Shown one piece after another: positions 26,301-36,100 of a DNA stretch of 64,000 nt; positions within the stretch are counted from its first letter, which is position 1; each line of letters opens with the position of its first letter. A program made the position numbers and the translations under genes. The stretch comes from a virus. Below the pieces are notes generated by a model, which did no database searches, was not told where the DNA came from, and saw only the letters and a list, made by a program, of their open reading frames with translations. The stretch lies in IMG/VR virus record IMGVR_UViG_3300044522_000126, positions 2,492 through 66,491 of that record; one strand, 5' to 3'.

Positions 26301-28471
26301 ATTAAACCAGAAGAAATAAATGAAAGTATAGACGTGTTCATGAAATCATCACCGCTCATTACTTCGTTCATAATCTTTTTACCAGCGTCTTTATTAGTCA
26401 TCATATTGACACCAATCTCTCCGCCTTGCTGTATGTTTTCTTGAACAACTTCTTTACCACCTTCTTCAGCAAATTCAACTAGATTCCTAGGTGTATTTTT
26501 TATTATATCATCAATATAGTTTACAAACCCAGTTTTACCTGTTTTAGTATATTGCTCTATAGCTTTTTTAATTATGTTTTTAGAACCAAATAAATTCTCA
26601 ACTAATTTCGTTTGTGGATTTATAACACCGGTAGTTCCGTATAACACTGCCATTCTTTGTCCAGCAGCACTAGCTAATTCAAAAGCATCTTTGTCGTTTA
26701 TACCGTTATCTCTAGCCGCTTTTAAAGTGTCTTCATATCCTTGAGCATAACCCATAGTTCCTTGAGCTATCATGGAATATCCAGTAGCTCTGTCTAAAGG
26801 TACTTTTCTTAATAGTTTTGAAGAGTCGTTTAATAATGAGGTAAATCCACTTGCCGGTTTTACCACATTTGATGCGTGTCTTATTTCTCCAGCAATAGTT
26901 CCTAATTTACCAACTCCACGTGTGATAGCGGCTTGTAATAACATATCTGCCATAACGCCTGAAGTTTGAACAGCAGCTCCTTGAGTGCTGAATGTCCAAT
27001 CTGAAGGTCCATATTTTGCTTCTTCTACTAGTTTTTTCTGTAATGTATCGTTAAATAAATCTGTTACACGTATCTTAGCCTCTGCGTCATATATTTGTCC
27101 TTTAGAGTCTACTATGTATTTAGTCCCATCATAGTTAACTGTCTTGCCAGATACGTACGCGATGCCTCTATCGTCTCTTCTAATAAACTTATTTTCTTCA
27201 TCTAACATTCTAATACCTTCGGCGGTACCTGTCATTCCTAGTGCTTCGTAACCAGAAGCAGTCATTTGAGCAGTTCTATCTATCACAGCGCTCCAACCTG
27301 CTCTACCAATCTTTTCAGCAGTATCCCAAGAGAAGAAATCTGTTCCTCCTTTTTTAGACTCTTCGTATAATTTAGCGTTTTCTTTGTCTTTGTTTTTTAG
27401 TTTTTTAGTTATTGTTGGAAAATAGTTTTCAACATATTTAGCCATACCATTAGGGTCAAATATATCGTTATTTACTATTTCTTTTTTATCTCTAACTCCT
27501 TGTATTATTTCTAATTCTTGGTTTAAGTCTTGTCTATTAACATCACGAGATTTCATTTCGTCCATATATGTTAATAACATTTTCTTTCTCGCTAATTCTC
27601 TAGCAAGACCTATATCATATCCTCCAAAACTTCTACCATCTCCTGTAAATAGACCTTCTGCTTCTTTCTTTTTAAAATCGTCTTTATATCCTTTTTTATT
27701 TAAGTAGCCATCAAAGTCTTGTGGGTTTATACCAAAAGCTTCTAGTTCTTTTGATTTATAATTTCTTTCTATAAAGTCATCTTCAACTTGCTCTTCTTCT
27801 ACTGGATTTAAAAACTGTTGGTTTTTTGAAGAATAATATAGATAAGGATGTATTAAATCAGAATCTGTTTCTCTAATTTTTTCTTTTAACTTTGCTACCT
27901 TAAATTTAGTGTCATAACCAGCTTCTCCAGTTATTGGATTGTCAGCAAAGTTTTCAACGAAATCTTTCATATCATTTTTTGACCCAATTGATTTACCTTT
28001 TATTTTTTGCGCAATTCTTTGTCCAGGAAGTTTAACTTTTTCTTCACTAACAAGGTCAAATTTTATTCTTTTATTAAAGTCTTTGTCAACTGCAGGGTTT
28101 AATAGTATTTCAAAATCTTTTAAATCTCTATAGTTTTTTTCTTGAGCGTCAATAGGACTACCGTACATGTCTTTAACATCGGTAGTTGATCTAGGAGTTG
28201 CAGAAGGAGGAGGTAACATTCCTCTTTTCTGCATTGTTTCAAGATCATTTTCTGCAGGTAATCTATATTTTTTCGGTTCCAACGAACCATTTTCCGAACT
28301 GGAATCCGTACTTAGTGCCTGATTCTTTTTTGGCGCTACAGTTGCACTCTTTGCAACGCCTTTTTGCTTTTTTGCTCCAGTGTTTTTTGATAAAAAACTA
28401 ATCTTTTCAAAATCAGAAAAATTAGATATGTCTACTTGTGATCCGTCTGATAAAATATATATTTCTTCCAT
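20369..28471 (-). CDS. Giant (2700 aa) internal/ejected virion polyvalent protein
   Basis: Last gene of the virion operon after two smaller internal proteins; HEFLH zincin motif, sigma-2-like segment, LYHSG ART-like segment, hydrophobic C-terminal region. Confidence 0.8.
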   Translation of the reverse strand: MEEIYILSDGSQVDISNFSDFEKISFLSKNTGAKKQKGVAKSATVAPKKNQALSTDSSSENGSLEPKKYRLPAENDLETMQKRGMLPPPSATPRSTTDVKDMYGSPIDAQEKNYRDLKDFEILLNPAVDKDFNKRIKFDLVSEEKVKLPGQRIAQKIKGKSIGSKNDMKDFVENFADNPITGEAGYDTKFKVAKLKEKIRETDSDLIHPYLYYSSKNQQFLNPVEEEQVEDDFIERNYKSKELEAFGINPQDFDGYLNKKGYKDDFKKKEAEGLFTGDGRSFGGYDIGLARELARKKMLLTYMDEMKSRDVNRQDLNQELEIIQGVRDKKEIVNNDIFDPNGMAKYVENYFPTITKKLKNKDKENAKLYEESKKGGTDFFSWDTAEKIGRAGWSAVIDRTAQMTASGYEALGMTGTAEGIRMLDEENKFIRRDDRGIAYVSGKTVNYDGTKYIVDSKGQIYDAEAKIRVTDLFNDTLQKKLVEEAKYGPSDWTFSTQGAAVQTSGVMADMLLQAAITRGVGKLGTIAGEIRHASNVVKPASGFTSLLNDSSKLLRKVPLDRATGYSMIAQGTMGYAQGYEDTLKAARDNGINDKDAFELASAAGQRMAVLYGTTGVINPQTKLVENLFGSKNIIKKAIEQYTKTGKTGFVNYIDDIIKNTPRNLVEFAEEGGKEVVQENIQQGGEIGVNMMTNKDAGKKIMNEVMSGDDFMNTSILSFISSGLISKAKLPNFHAGDQATDNLTSLSTLAKNKKEFTKIIDGLVTKEVFTAEQADNLKKDVDIYANNVNKVPKNVSADGAMPIMRELDKVTKLQDEKETTDKAFHPQIDEKIDGIRENIAKIYFKDQMDLENKSIEAAIKKGVVKDIEMKNFSTSEDLKTYLVNELNVPEDVADDWSQEGGFALTSDVLKKYSKDPDLIPEGFQVILQNEEVAFKLGDSGIQQHEFLHGLLQKTIKNSPQAQMLLGASLGGELIKLDKALREKGSDERVTPDKFIERLNLYADRSRQQKVESLKELEAGEKTQEAHDADVAKSEGNRWEEVMTLYSDALRLGYITYNEGTFTKLGDTIRRVLQYLGIRDIKFDSGKDVYNFIKDYNASAKSGKWGKAFTKMGTKGANINKEALSKEIGGNVVRSQAATSGPKFSLGDRKSSEDIKKDINKTYNKDTWSKDINSDRKTTLYDILTEYEYIIKGKAKGLGYFNLPDFSEYDFISETQIAMIPHVRNFNKEFLAKREEYKQELESKGLDPNSKEFKDKVQAQDEKGYQGKKGIVKENDDLNAWINSQLSNKMKDALKTGNVTTQKFTEDIEGEMFKESTIVDGFGGDSSYLADEGDSVYEAEQDFEEEQSRLAVLLSDPVFNFVDEQGKPIDIETVPFGSNFVTEVSDMSIAANKKLRTETDPAKIVELKRQLKDLERGLELQNKKDLTYEEKEELKSLKSFKSYDLSTGMTVNTFEALSIQDTPAKIITDEVAREILRSPNIETLEYRNFKERLSTMSKTMARRMTFKNGPEIESLMYREWQLLYDVINHPVDPVTNESSYASKKLPPRLKEFDEKGNLRKIGDITRTKFLQSYYGVEEATRILKIYGGDNASKQIAKLEEPELNEKTGKGLVPTAYFDRRTALMELFGDVMVLQEARRLLRQPDFLDRVADRNVNLYNSLKDDVLRAEVLKDMSKGKSDIVKFSLAETKENKEFKEKFKGLTSSKKYIEFQDKLKNHTLYHSGSESLDRTFRDDDMKALWFYVDDDTVGDWGDGVMYETKVKDLSNAIIIPDINDVGNFHEIIKKKYPKAVEEIKNNNNGIFRADLRDIIKTSQANEILNDWIDWATIKGNLSWDIGQEDIYDKDGVIEGTPVIVFGNMPKTSITKKISNKPDIIKFSLAEEENGKLSNFLEGLPFSKQWLVARDIDNAIERAKTATYAETEETEKLNQKIEKETDKVKKKELKRQLQEVQGGKITFKVPSRSKMSDKSTAYFIIQKVAEGYNDFEFRVKKNAEGPLTKQVLDALDFKSDKVQERMRLNNNLEQGMNEIIEQNKGVEASETFSPETAKNLGKNIGKYDIYLPPEDEDFLGLLYTLGSGKGQQGQDQMDFLVDNLLKPYSEAMLNVMKSRQTMYKDWKDLINKKYKGISKELKQDSGYGGYLVDQAVRVYLWNSAGYEVPGLDKKDLWHLKELVRKDKRLRDFAQDVSLLSKQPNGYTEPDHNWGFGSVVGDINNVISKSNRTKYLGVWQTNVDKIFSKQNMSKIEALYGRKYSKALENMLYRMKTGSNRAEGASDGLLNWINGSTAVTMFWNTRSALLQVIGGINYINTGDNNVVKAGLALLNIKQYTKDFLTIWNSNYLKDRRSGLMNDVAEAEFAQLMNDPRNNTLMDKFKAANYWFLKQGFTPTRVMDSFAIAFGGAGFYRNRINTYLKQGYSQDEAEKITMRDFYETSEISQQSADVSKISANQASTKGRLLLSFMNTPFQYSRIIKKSFIDIAKGRGSVPNNVAKIVYYSTIQNLMFNFLQNALFALLFDDDEEQKEGKYDQAKWRMLNGAMDTLIRGTGLTGVMLTTVKNALVKWYEKSGDPKGYGDVAAELANISPSIGIKLRSFIKAYKAVEYNAAEIEYEGFSLSNTYAIEALTSLTSLTFNLPADRMYQKMQNIKNALDDEYQTWQRVAFVMGYTEWNLGEGQSAPVQMNQQGTLKIPELKGGGGLVMPELK

Positions 28472-28476
28472 GTTTA

Positions 28477-30312
28477 TTAATTAGATTTTGTTGCTCTTGC
28501 GTAATATTGTTCTAGTGTTTCGTTTTCTTTCCTAGGATTAGATTCTGTCCAGTCTTTTAATTTAGCATCTTTCAACTTACCTTGCAACATTTTCTTTTCT
28601 CCAGCGTCTGTTGTTTGATCTAATGCTAATTTTATTCTATCAACAGCTTTGTTAATGTTATAATCTTTTACGGCTTTATATGCACCTTCTCCTTCTTTAC
28701 CATATAAATAAGAATTACCAAATCTAGACGTAAATGCTTTATCAATATCGCCTTCTACTTTTCCTTCTTTATATGCTTCTTCTATAGTCATATTGGTATT
28801 GACAGGACCTCTACTTGTTTGTTTTACAAAAGGTTGTGCTTTATATAGTTTAAATAACTCTTCTTTTGTTATATACTTATCAGCTTTTCCAGAAAGTTTA
28901 TTTAAGTTTTTAGCTAATGTAGATCTAGTAGCATAGTTCTTTTGACCAACGCTTAAGTCTTCACCTTGTCTAGGGGTATAACCTGATATTATTTCATTGA
29001 AATAGTCTTCTTGATATGTAGTAGGTGGTTGTTTACCTAGTCCACCTCCTTCTAATGAAGCAGCGGTAGGTTTTTCTTTCTTTTCAACCTTAGAATCTAC
29101 ACTCCAATAAACTTTTTCACCGTTTTCTTCTGTGTATTTTGAATTATCGGTTATTTTACTAAAAGAATATTCTGTTAATAAATCAGTTAACATGGTTTTT
29201 TGTTCTTCTACTGTTCTATTTGTATAAGTTTTTTTACCATTTACGTCAACACCAGTTTCTTTTCTTAAAAACTCATCTTCGTAAAATCCAGGTTCTTTTT
29301 TTAATGTATATTCTAATAATGAACTTAAACTTTGTTGTTTGTCTGCCTTTAAATAACCAGTAGCTTTTATTTCAGCTGCTTCTTTTATCTTTGATTTAAT
29401 AGCATCTGTTTGTAATCTTTGACCTTCTACTATTTGATAAACGTCTTTAATTCCTCTTCCAGAACTACCTTTTTGCGGAGGTAAATCTACTGTCTCTCTT
29501 TTTTGTTGTAAAAGTCCTTCAAGTAATTTGCCTTTATTATCTAACACTTCTTTTTGGGAAATCTTTATAAAATCATCTAAACCTTCAACTTTACTTAAAA
29601 ACCCACCAGTTCCACCTGAATCTGCTTTTAAATATGATGATGAGTTTATAGTAATAGGTTTAAAGTTTTCTGCTTCACCTTTTACTCTACCTGTAAATTC
29701 AATATTGAAACCAGTTCCAGTTCCATCTTCTTTTACATTCATTGTTGTATTTTCATATAAACCATCTAAACCACCTGTTATTTCTAAAGCCGCTCTTCTT
29801 TGTTTTATTTGTTCTTTACTTCCATTTATAGCCCAACCTCCAGGAACTCCAATGCTTATTGCTGAAGATTCTCTCCATGTAGCACTTTCCATTGCTATTC
29901 GTTTACTTACTTCAGAAGCGTTATTCATAAAAACATCAGCATCTGATATTAGTTTTAAATATCCTTTTCTTTTATCTTTATCTGACTCTTGAGTTAAAGC
30001 AATTTGTGCATCGGCAGCATCTTGTATTTTTTGTTGAACCATAGTGGTTATTTGTTCGTCAACTCCACCACCAACTTTATCATGTTTCTTTTTCCAATCA
30101 GAAAGTACCGAGTTGTAATGTAAGTCTGTTTTGTTTTTTTGATCTTGTAGTTTTTGGATAGTAAGTCTATCTTCTTTTTCTCTTTCTCTAATTCTTTCAC
30201 CACGAAGCATGAAGCCTTGAGCTAGTGCTTTAGAACCACTTAATATACCAGCCGTGATAGCGTTATAACCTTCACCAGGACTTATTATAGGAGGATTTTC
30301 ATAATATCCCAT
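28477..30312 (-). CDS. Probable internal virion (ejection) protein
   Basis: 611 aa, helical; lies between pilot-like protein and giant protein. Confidence 0.6.
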   Translation of the reverse strand: MGYYENPPIISPGEGYNAITAGILSGSKALAQGFMLRGERIREREKEDRLTIQKLQDQKNKTDLHYNSVLSDWKKKHDKVGGGVDEQITTMVQQKIQDAADAQIALTQESDKDKRKGYLKLISDADVFMNNASEVSKRIAMESATWRESSAISIGVPGGWAINGSKEQIKQRRAALEITGGLDGLYENTTMNVKEDGTGTGFNIEFTGRVKGEAENFKPITINSSSYLKADSGGTGGFLSKVEGLDDFIKISQKEVLDNKGKLLEGLLQQKRETVDLPPQKGSSGRGIKDVYQIVEGQRLQTDAIKSKIKEAAEIKATGYLKADKQQSLSSLLEYTLKKEPGFYEDEFLRKETGVDVNGKKTYTNRTVEEQKTMLTDLLTEYSFSKITDNSKYTEENGEKVYWSVDSKVEKKEKPTAASLEGGGLGKQPPTTYQEDYFNEIISGYTPRQGEDLSVGQKNYATRSTLAKNLNKLSGKADKYITKEELFKLYKAQPFVKQTSRGPVNTNMTIEEAYKEGKVEGDIDKAFTSRFGNSYLYGKEGEGAYKAVKDYNINKAVDRIKLALDQTTDAGEKKMLQGKLKDAKLKDWTESNPRKENETLEQYYARATKSN

Positions 30313-30339
30313 ATTATATATGTTTTAAATTATTGTTAA

Positions 30340-31068
30340 TTAACTACCGGCTATTAATCCACTAGCTATATTACCCACACCACTGGCTATACCGCCATAA
30401 GCTGCTGTTTGAGCATTTTTAGCTGCTACTTGATTACTCTTAGATTGCGCTTCTTGTCCTGACAATCTATTTAATTTAGCTATATCTCTAGATTCTTGTT
30501 CTCCATATTTAAACTGAATTCCAGCAGTTTCTGCAGCTTGCATTCTTTGCGCTTCGCTTAATTGAACTCCTTGAACTCTTTGTTGTTCAGCCATTTTAGC
30601 CTGTTGCAACTCAGCATTTCCTTGAGCTTTTAATTTTTCGTTTTGCGCTTCTTGCATTTCTATACTAGCAGAAACTCCTTTTTTACTTTGTAAAGCAGCT
30701 TGTGCCAATGCAGTAGCACCTCCAGCACTTGCTCCTGTACTTCTAAGAGTATCTAAAGTGTTTGCTAAAGATATATCAGCTTCTTCTATTTGCATGTCTG
30801 CAGCTTGCGTAGAAACTCCTAAACTAGCATAAGGATTACTTAAAGTACCACTTAAATCTTTAGCTAAACCACTAAGGTTAGTTACGTTAGCGTATGGGTT
30901 AGGTATCGATTGTCTTTTTTGTTCTAATTGATTTATTTCCCAAGCTTTTCTTTCAGCTTCGTTTCTAAAACCTTTAGCGTCTTGCTTTGCTTGATTAGCC
31001 GCAACCAATCCTCCACCGATCGTGGCCACCGCGGCTACACCCGCCGCTACTGCTGTTATTACTGCCAT
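30340..31068 (-). CDS. Probable DNA pilot/ejection protein
   Basis: Ala/Gly-rich hydrophobic termini with a Gln-rich coiled coil, as in podovirus ejection proteins. Confidence 0.65.
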   Translation of the reverse strand: MAVITAVAAGVAAVATIGGGLVAANQAKQDAKGFRNEAERKAWEINQLEQKRQSIPNPYANVTNLSGLAKDLSGTLSNPYASLGVSTQAADMQIEEADISLANTLDTLRSTGASAGGATALAQAALQSKKGVSASIEMQEAQNEKLKAQGNAELQQAKMAEQQRVQGVQLSEAQRMQAAETAGIQFKYGEQESRDIAKLNRLSGQEAQSKSNQVAAKNAQTAAYGGIASGVGNIASGLIAGS

Positions 31069-31069
31069 A

Positions 31070-31477
31070 TTACTTTATTTTTTTTGAAATTTCATACGAA
31101 GGAGTTTCGTCAACCGTATATCCTAATTTTTTATGTGTGTTTATTAAACCTTTATGCCTAGCGATACTAATTATAATACTATAATCTTGTTGTCTAGCTA
31201 CTTCTTCTAAAGATGATATTAATAGTTCTAAAGCTTGCCTTCTATCTGATTCTTTATAACTTGGACTAGATATTATCCAATCTAACCATGCTACTTTAGA
31301 GTTTGATAAATATAAGAAACCAGCAGCGATTGGTACATCGTCCTTATAAACCATCAAACCTCCGCAACCATTTAATGGTAACATGTCTTTACTCATGACT
31401 GGCCATTTCCATAGTTTCCACCATGATTGTAAAGTATCCCAATCAGACTCTTCTAATGCTCTTACTTTTAATTCCAT
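31070..31477 (-). CDS. GNAT-fold acetyltransferase-like protein
   Basis: VRALEESD, AAGFLY, LEEVARQQDY, HKKLGY; position equivalent to T7 gp13. Confidence 0.7.
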   Translation of the reverse strand: MELKVRALEESDWDTLQSWWKLWKWPVMSKDMLPLNGCGGLMVYKDDVPIAAGFLYLSNSKVAWLDWIISSPSYKESDRRQALELLISSLEEVARQQDYSIIISIARHKGLINTHKKLGYTVDETPSYEISKKIK

Positions 31478-31487
31478 TTTATTTAAT

Positions 31488-33116
31488 TTAATATGATGAT
31501 TCTACATACTCTGCTGATACAGCAAATAACTCTGCTTTTTGATTTAAATTAACATCTACGGTAGCATTTGCACAGTAGAAAGTAGCTGTAGCGTAAAAAC
31601 CTTTAACTCCTGATATACTTTGTCCCCATACTACTTCGGCTTCTGAAGATGAAGATATATTAAGTAGATTTGCAAAGTATTTATTTTCTTTCTTTTTAAA
31701 TCTATTTTCAAATAACTGATCTTGTAATCCAATTAAAGTAGAAGCAGTAAAACTTTGATCTACAGGAGCCGTTATGTCTGTTTCTGTGTAAAATTCTGAC
31801 AAACTCCAATTTGAAGTTCCTTCATAGTTTACAGTTAAAAAAGATTTAGATTGAGAAACAGAAGGATTAAATATAACAGTAACCTTAGAAGGATAATGGA
31901 AATTGTAGTAACTTGCTTTTTGAACTGCTGTAGAATAATGTTTCCATATACTACCGTTTTTAAAAGTATAAAAATTATTTCTTAAACTTACACCTTGATT
32001 TGGAATATAACTATGTAAACTAGTCCACCCAGTATTATCTTCGTCAAAACTTAAGGTAACACTATTTGGTTCATCTATGTAAAATATATTGTCAAGATCA
32101 GAGATTGTAGGTTGTATAGATACTACGTACTGTTTAGAATGAATATCCCATAAACCATATATAAATCCATTTGTTAAATTTGTATTAGATAGTTTATCTC
32201 TAAAATAATCAAACATACCGTATGCTGAAATCTCAGTTATACCGTCTTGTGATAAACGTAATACTACATTTTGAAAACCATCTACAAAGTATTTTCTATA
32301 ACCATATACTGCGAAACTTTCAGGATGTGTTCCTATACCGTAGTTACCGGCATAAGATTGTATTTGACCTATAACCTGAGATCCAGACGTAGTCATTGGA
32401 GATCCATCAGCAGAATAAACTGCGTCTTTATCTATCAATGCTCTACTTACTTTTAACTCTTGAAATATTATTAAATTTGTATCTTCTGCATATAATTTTT
32501 GTATACTTCCTTGAGAAGGATCTATTGTTCTAGTTATATCTTCAGCTACAGAGAATTGATTTGTATTATTAATTCCTGTTCTAGAATTAAATACACCTGA
32601 ATAAATCATTGTATTGAATAAATGTTGTCTTTGAGGTGAGTCTTCGACTATGTATGCTTTTACACCAAAGTCTACAGATGTGTTGTTATAACCTCCTCTA
32701 ATTCTAGCTTCTTCTATATACCAATCATGTAGATAACTAAAGTTACCAGCAGAAAGATAACGACCTGGTAAAAAATTATAATCAATTATTTTACCAAATT
32801 CTAATACTACTCCAGACCCAATATCGGTTGTTAGTGGGTTAAGAAGTTTAAAGTAAGTATACGTAGCGTCAGATGTTATGTTTGCTATTACGTTTGTACT
32901 AACTATAGATGTATATGTCCAACTTATTTGTTGACCAGGTCCGTATTTTTCTAAGTCAATAGGGTTTATTAGTAATACTTTCAAAAAAACATCACCTGTA
33001 GACGAAGCGCCAACAGTTAATGGTCCAGTTCCAATAGTAGGACTAACTTGTGTTATGTTATTCATTTTTTTTAACCAAAATGAATTAAAATATTTTATCT
33101 CTATAGTAGCTGCCAT
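31488..33116 (-). CDS. Tail stabilization/nozzle protein (C-terminal-type part)
   Basis: YSGVFNSRTGINNTNQFS, GSIQKL, GIGTHPESFA, RLSQDGITEIS, GWTS resemble crAss-like/P22 gp10 stabilization proteins. Confidence 0.7.
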   Translation of the reverse strand: MAATIEIKYFNSFWLKKMNNITQVSPTIGTGPLTVGASSTGDVFLKVLLINPIDLEKYGPGQQISWTYTSIVSTNVIANITSDATYTYFKLLNPLTTDIGSGVVLEFGKIIDYNFLPGRYLSAGNFSYLHDWYIEEARIRGGYNNTSVDFGVKAYIVEDSPQRQHLFNTMIYSGVFNSRTGINNTNQFSVAEDITRTIDPSQGSIQKLYAEDTNLIIFQELKVSRALIDKDAVYSADGSPMTTSGSQVIGQIQSYAGNYGIGTHPESFAVYGYRKYFVDGFQNVVLRLSQDGITEISAYGMFDYFRDKLSNTNLTNGFIYGLWDIHSKQYVVSIQPTISDLDNIFYIDEPNSVTLSFDEDNTGWTSLHSYIPNQGVSLRNNFYTFKNGSIWKHYSTAVQKASYYNFHYPSKVTVIFNPSVSQSKSFLTVNYEGTSNWSLSEFYTETDITAPVDQSFTASTLIGLQDQLFENRFKKKENKYFANLLNISSSSEAEVVWGQSISGVKGFYATATFYCANATVDVNLNQKAELFAVSAEYVESSY

Positions 33117-33132
33117 ATATAATTATTACTTG
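33115..33132 (-). promoter_or_regulatory. Putative late promoter motif (ACAAGTAATAATTATAT)
   Basis: Variant of the shared ACrnGTrATwwTA motif in a 32-nt intergenic gap. Confidence 0.45.
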
Positions 33133-33148
33133 TTTTTCTTTATTATTA

Positions 33149-36100
33149 CTAACAACTTCCATACGAAGCAACTCCGCCAGATCCGTATGATAATGTGTTT
33201 TCTTTTATACACCCATAAATACTACTGCCAGTAAATTCAGCTGGCGCTAAAGTTCCACCTAACACAGTACCTCCAGTACTAGACAAAGCTGTCCAATTTA
33301 TAGAACTTGAAGTATTACCATTTGTTAACTGCCAACTTCTAGGAGTTGGAGGTATGTAAACTGTACACGTGTCCGCAGCGGATAATCTTACGTCTAATAT
33401 GTCTACATACGCTTCATCAGTTAAGTCTACAGTTATATTTCTTCCAGAAGGTAAAACTCTAATATTACCAACTACATGTAAAAACCTAACTGGTCCATCT
33501 GTAATTTGAATTTTATCAAAGTTAAAAGTTCCATTATAATTTAAACTACTAAATGTTAACTGTCCTGTGCCTGAATTTGGAAAGTAACTTGCCCCAACTG
33601 GATAAGTAGTATAATCAAATACATAAACAAAAGTGTTTGAAACATCTATAGTTTCACCTGGAAAAAATTGAGTCCAAAAATTTAAACGACCTTCAATATG
33701 GTTATTATAAAAACCTTCGAACGGAAGAGTAACTTCACTAGTCCATTCTCCACAATAACTAGCGGCAGCCAAACTATTTATCACTAAAGAACTATCAGCA
33801 TATAAAGATCCAGTGCCTGGAGAGTTTAATGGAAAGTTATACACGTCTCTAACTCTAATATTTAAAACGTAAGTATCAATTGGTGATATTCCTGTGTTTA
33901 TAATACTTATAACACCATTTACTGGATCTATACTAAAATAATCGTCCCAGTTTTCAGGTGTTGATGTATTAAGTATAGACCATTGAAGTTGCTGTTCGTT
34001 AAAAGTTGGGTTACCTACTTCTTCAGTAGCGCCATTTGTTCCAGTACATTCAAATATTGGTCCTAAAAGTGGTGGACTAGATATAGTTATTTCTTGTATA
34101 GGATCTGTTAATACTGGTTGTGTTATAATAGGTATTGAGTTACTTAAACTACCTGTTTTAACTATTACACTATTTCCATTTATAACATCAGTTATATTGA
34201 AAGTAAATTCGTAACTTTCTTTTGAACTAGCGTCAATTAGAAAAGTAAAAGGATTTTTTATTTTTATAGCGTATTTATAACTACTTGGCCCAACTAACTC
34301 AAAATTAGTTGTTCTATTTCCATTCGTTAAATCCTTAACTGTCATCGTTATATCACTAACAGTAGTCATAGGTAATCCTGCTAAATTTATAGGTTGAAAA
34401 TAATTAGTTATAAAAGGACAGTTTGCTGCTCCTGGAGGACTTAAGGCAATGCCTTGATAATCTTGATACTCATTAAATGTAAATTCAAATTCATCAAAAT
34501 CAAAAGCAGCATTATTAGAAATTAACGCTTCAGAATTTAAATCTGATATTAACCCAGCTGTTGTACTTTCCCAAAATAAATCTAGCAAAGAAACTACTGG
34601 AGCGGTTTCGTATATACTTAAATAAGGATTCATTGTGTAATCTTCATTTGGTATTGCTGGTATAACATCATTAGTTGCTATAACACCTATTTCATTTACA
34701 GTAGATATTCTAGCTATAATTGGTTTGGTACTTAATTGGTAAAAGTTTTTAGAAGCAGTACCATATTGATTTGTTTGTTCGTCTGTAGGTAAAAAAGTTA
34801 AATCGCTAGACGTTGCTATTGTAGATGCTACATCCGCTTTTTTAGCAGGGTAGTATTGTTGATTATATGTTATAGAAGAAATTAAAGAATTTTGAACTCT
34901 ACCATACAATTCAACACTACTTCTATATTGTTTTTGATCTGGTCCAACTTCTGTTAAATCTCTTGGTATTTTATTTATATTATCATTTAATAATACAGTA
35001 TGCGCTGTTTTGTTAGTTTCACCTATAGGAAATATAGTAGGATTTGAGGCCGGAGTTGGGTATGTTCCAGGCGCCGTAGACGTTTGAAACATTGGATACC
35101 CATTAAGCATTCCTGGTAAATAAACATTATAGTATTCTTGTTGTTGTTGTCTAACTACTATCTTATAAGAATACCAACCTAGTTGATTTAAGTCATAAGC
35201 GTATTTAACATCAGGTACGTTAACAGAATTAAAGTTATAAACATCGTTTATTTCGCCGTCTGTTGTTAAAAAACCTTCAACTGCTCCAGGTAAAACTTTT
35301 ACATAATCTGTATATTTTCCTCTTATATAACTACCCGCAACTGGGTAATTTCTTTGCGCAGGTAACGCAGCTAAAGTATATGTATAACTATTACCAATAA
35401 CAGTTCCCGCGGTTATTGTAAAACCATTACCTGTTTGCCCATTAATACCAGAAACTATAGCGTATAATCCAGGAGTTCCCGCTCCTTCATTTCTATTAGA
35501 AGATATAGGTGAATTCAATATTAAAGCCAAACAATTTCCTCTCCAATCTTTGACATTTAAAGAATCTTGTTCGCTGAAGTATGGTGAATATATAGTTGAT
35601 CCAACAAAAGTAGTTCCTCCTAAAGTTACAGCTAAATCATTAGAAGATAATATAACAGAAGACTGTCTTCCAAACTTGTCTGACAATACAAAACCAGCTT
35701 GGTAATTTCTATTTTGTTTTAATGTATGGTTTGGATATTCTGCCCAACTTTCAAATGGAGCAGACTTTGTTATAACAGCTAAGTTATAATCTAATCCAGC
35801 AGGTGGAGTACTTTGACTAACGACGTTACCGTACACTACTCTATTACCAACAATCTCTTGAGATCTTGCTCTAACTGGAGTTTTATCATAAACTCTGACT
35901 GTTTGATTTTCTGGTAAAGTTTTATATGGTTTTTGTGATTTATAAGTATAAAAGTATTGATTTGTATTTTGAGCAACAGAAGCAATTTGATTTAATAAAA
36001 CAGTTTCTAAAACTTTAACAGCAACAGCATCTGATTCTTTGTATAATATATCAATACTTGTTATTTTATAAGAACTTTCAATGTTATTACCTGTGTCAGG

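Noticed and set aside
20369-28471. Giant protein as a crAss-type virion RNA polymerase
   Set aside because: No DxDxD/DFDID catalytic motif seen; QDFDGY lacks the third Asp
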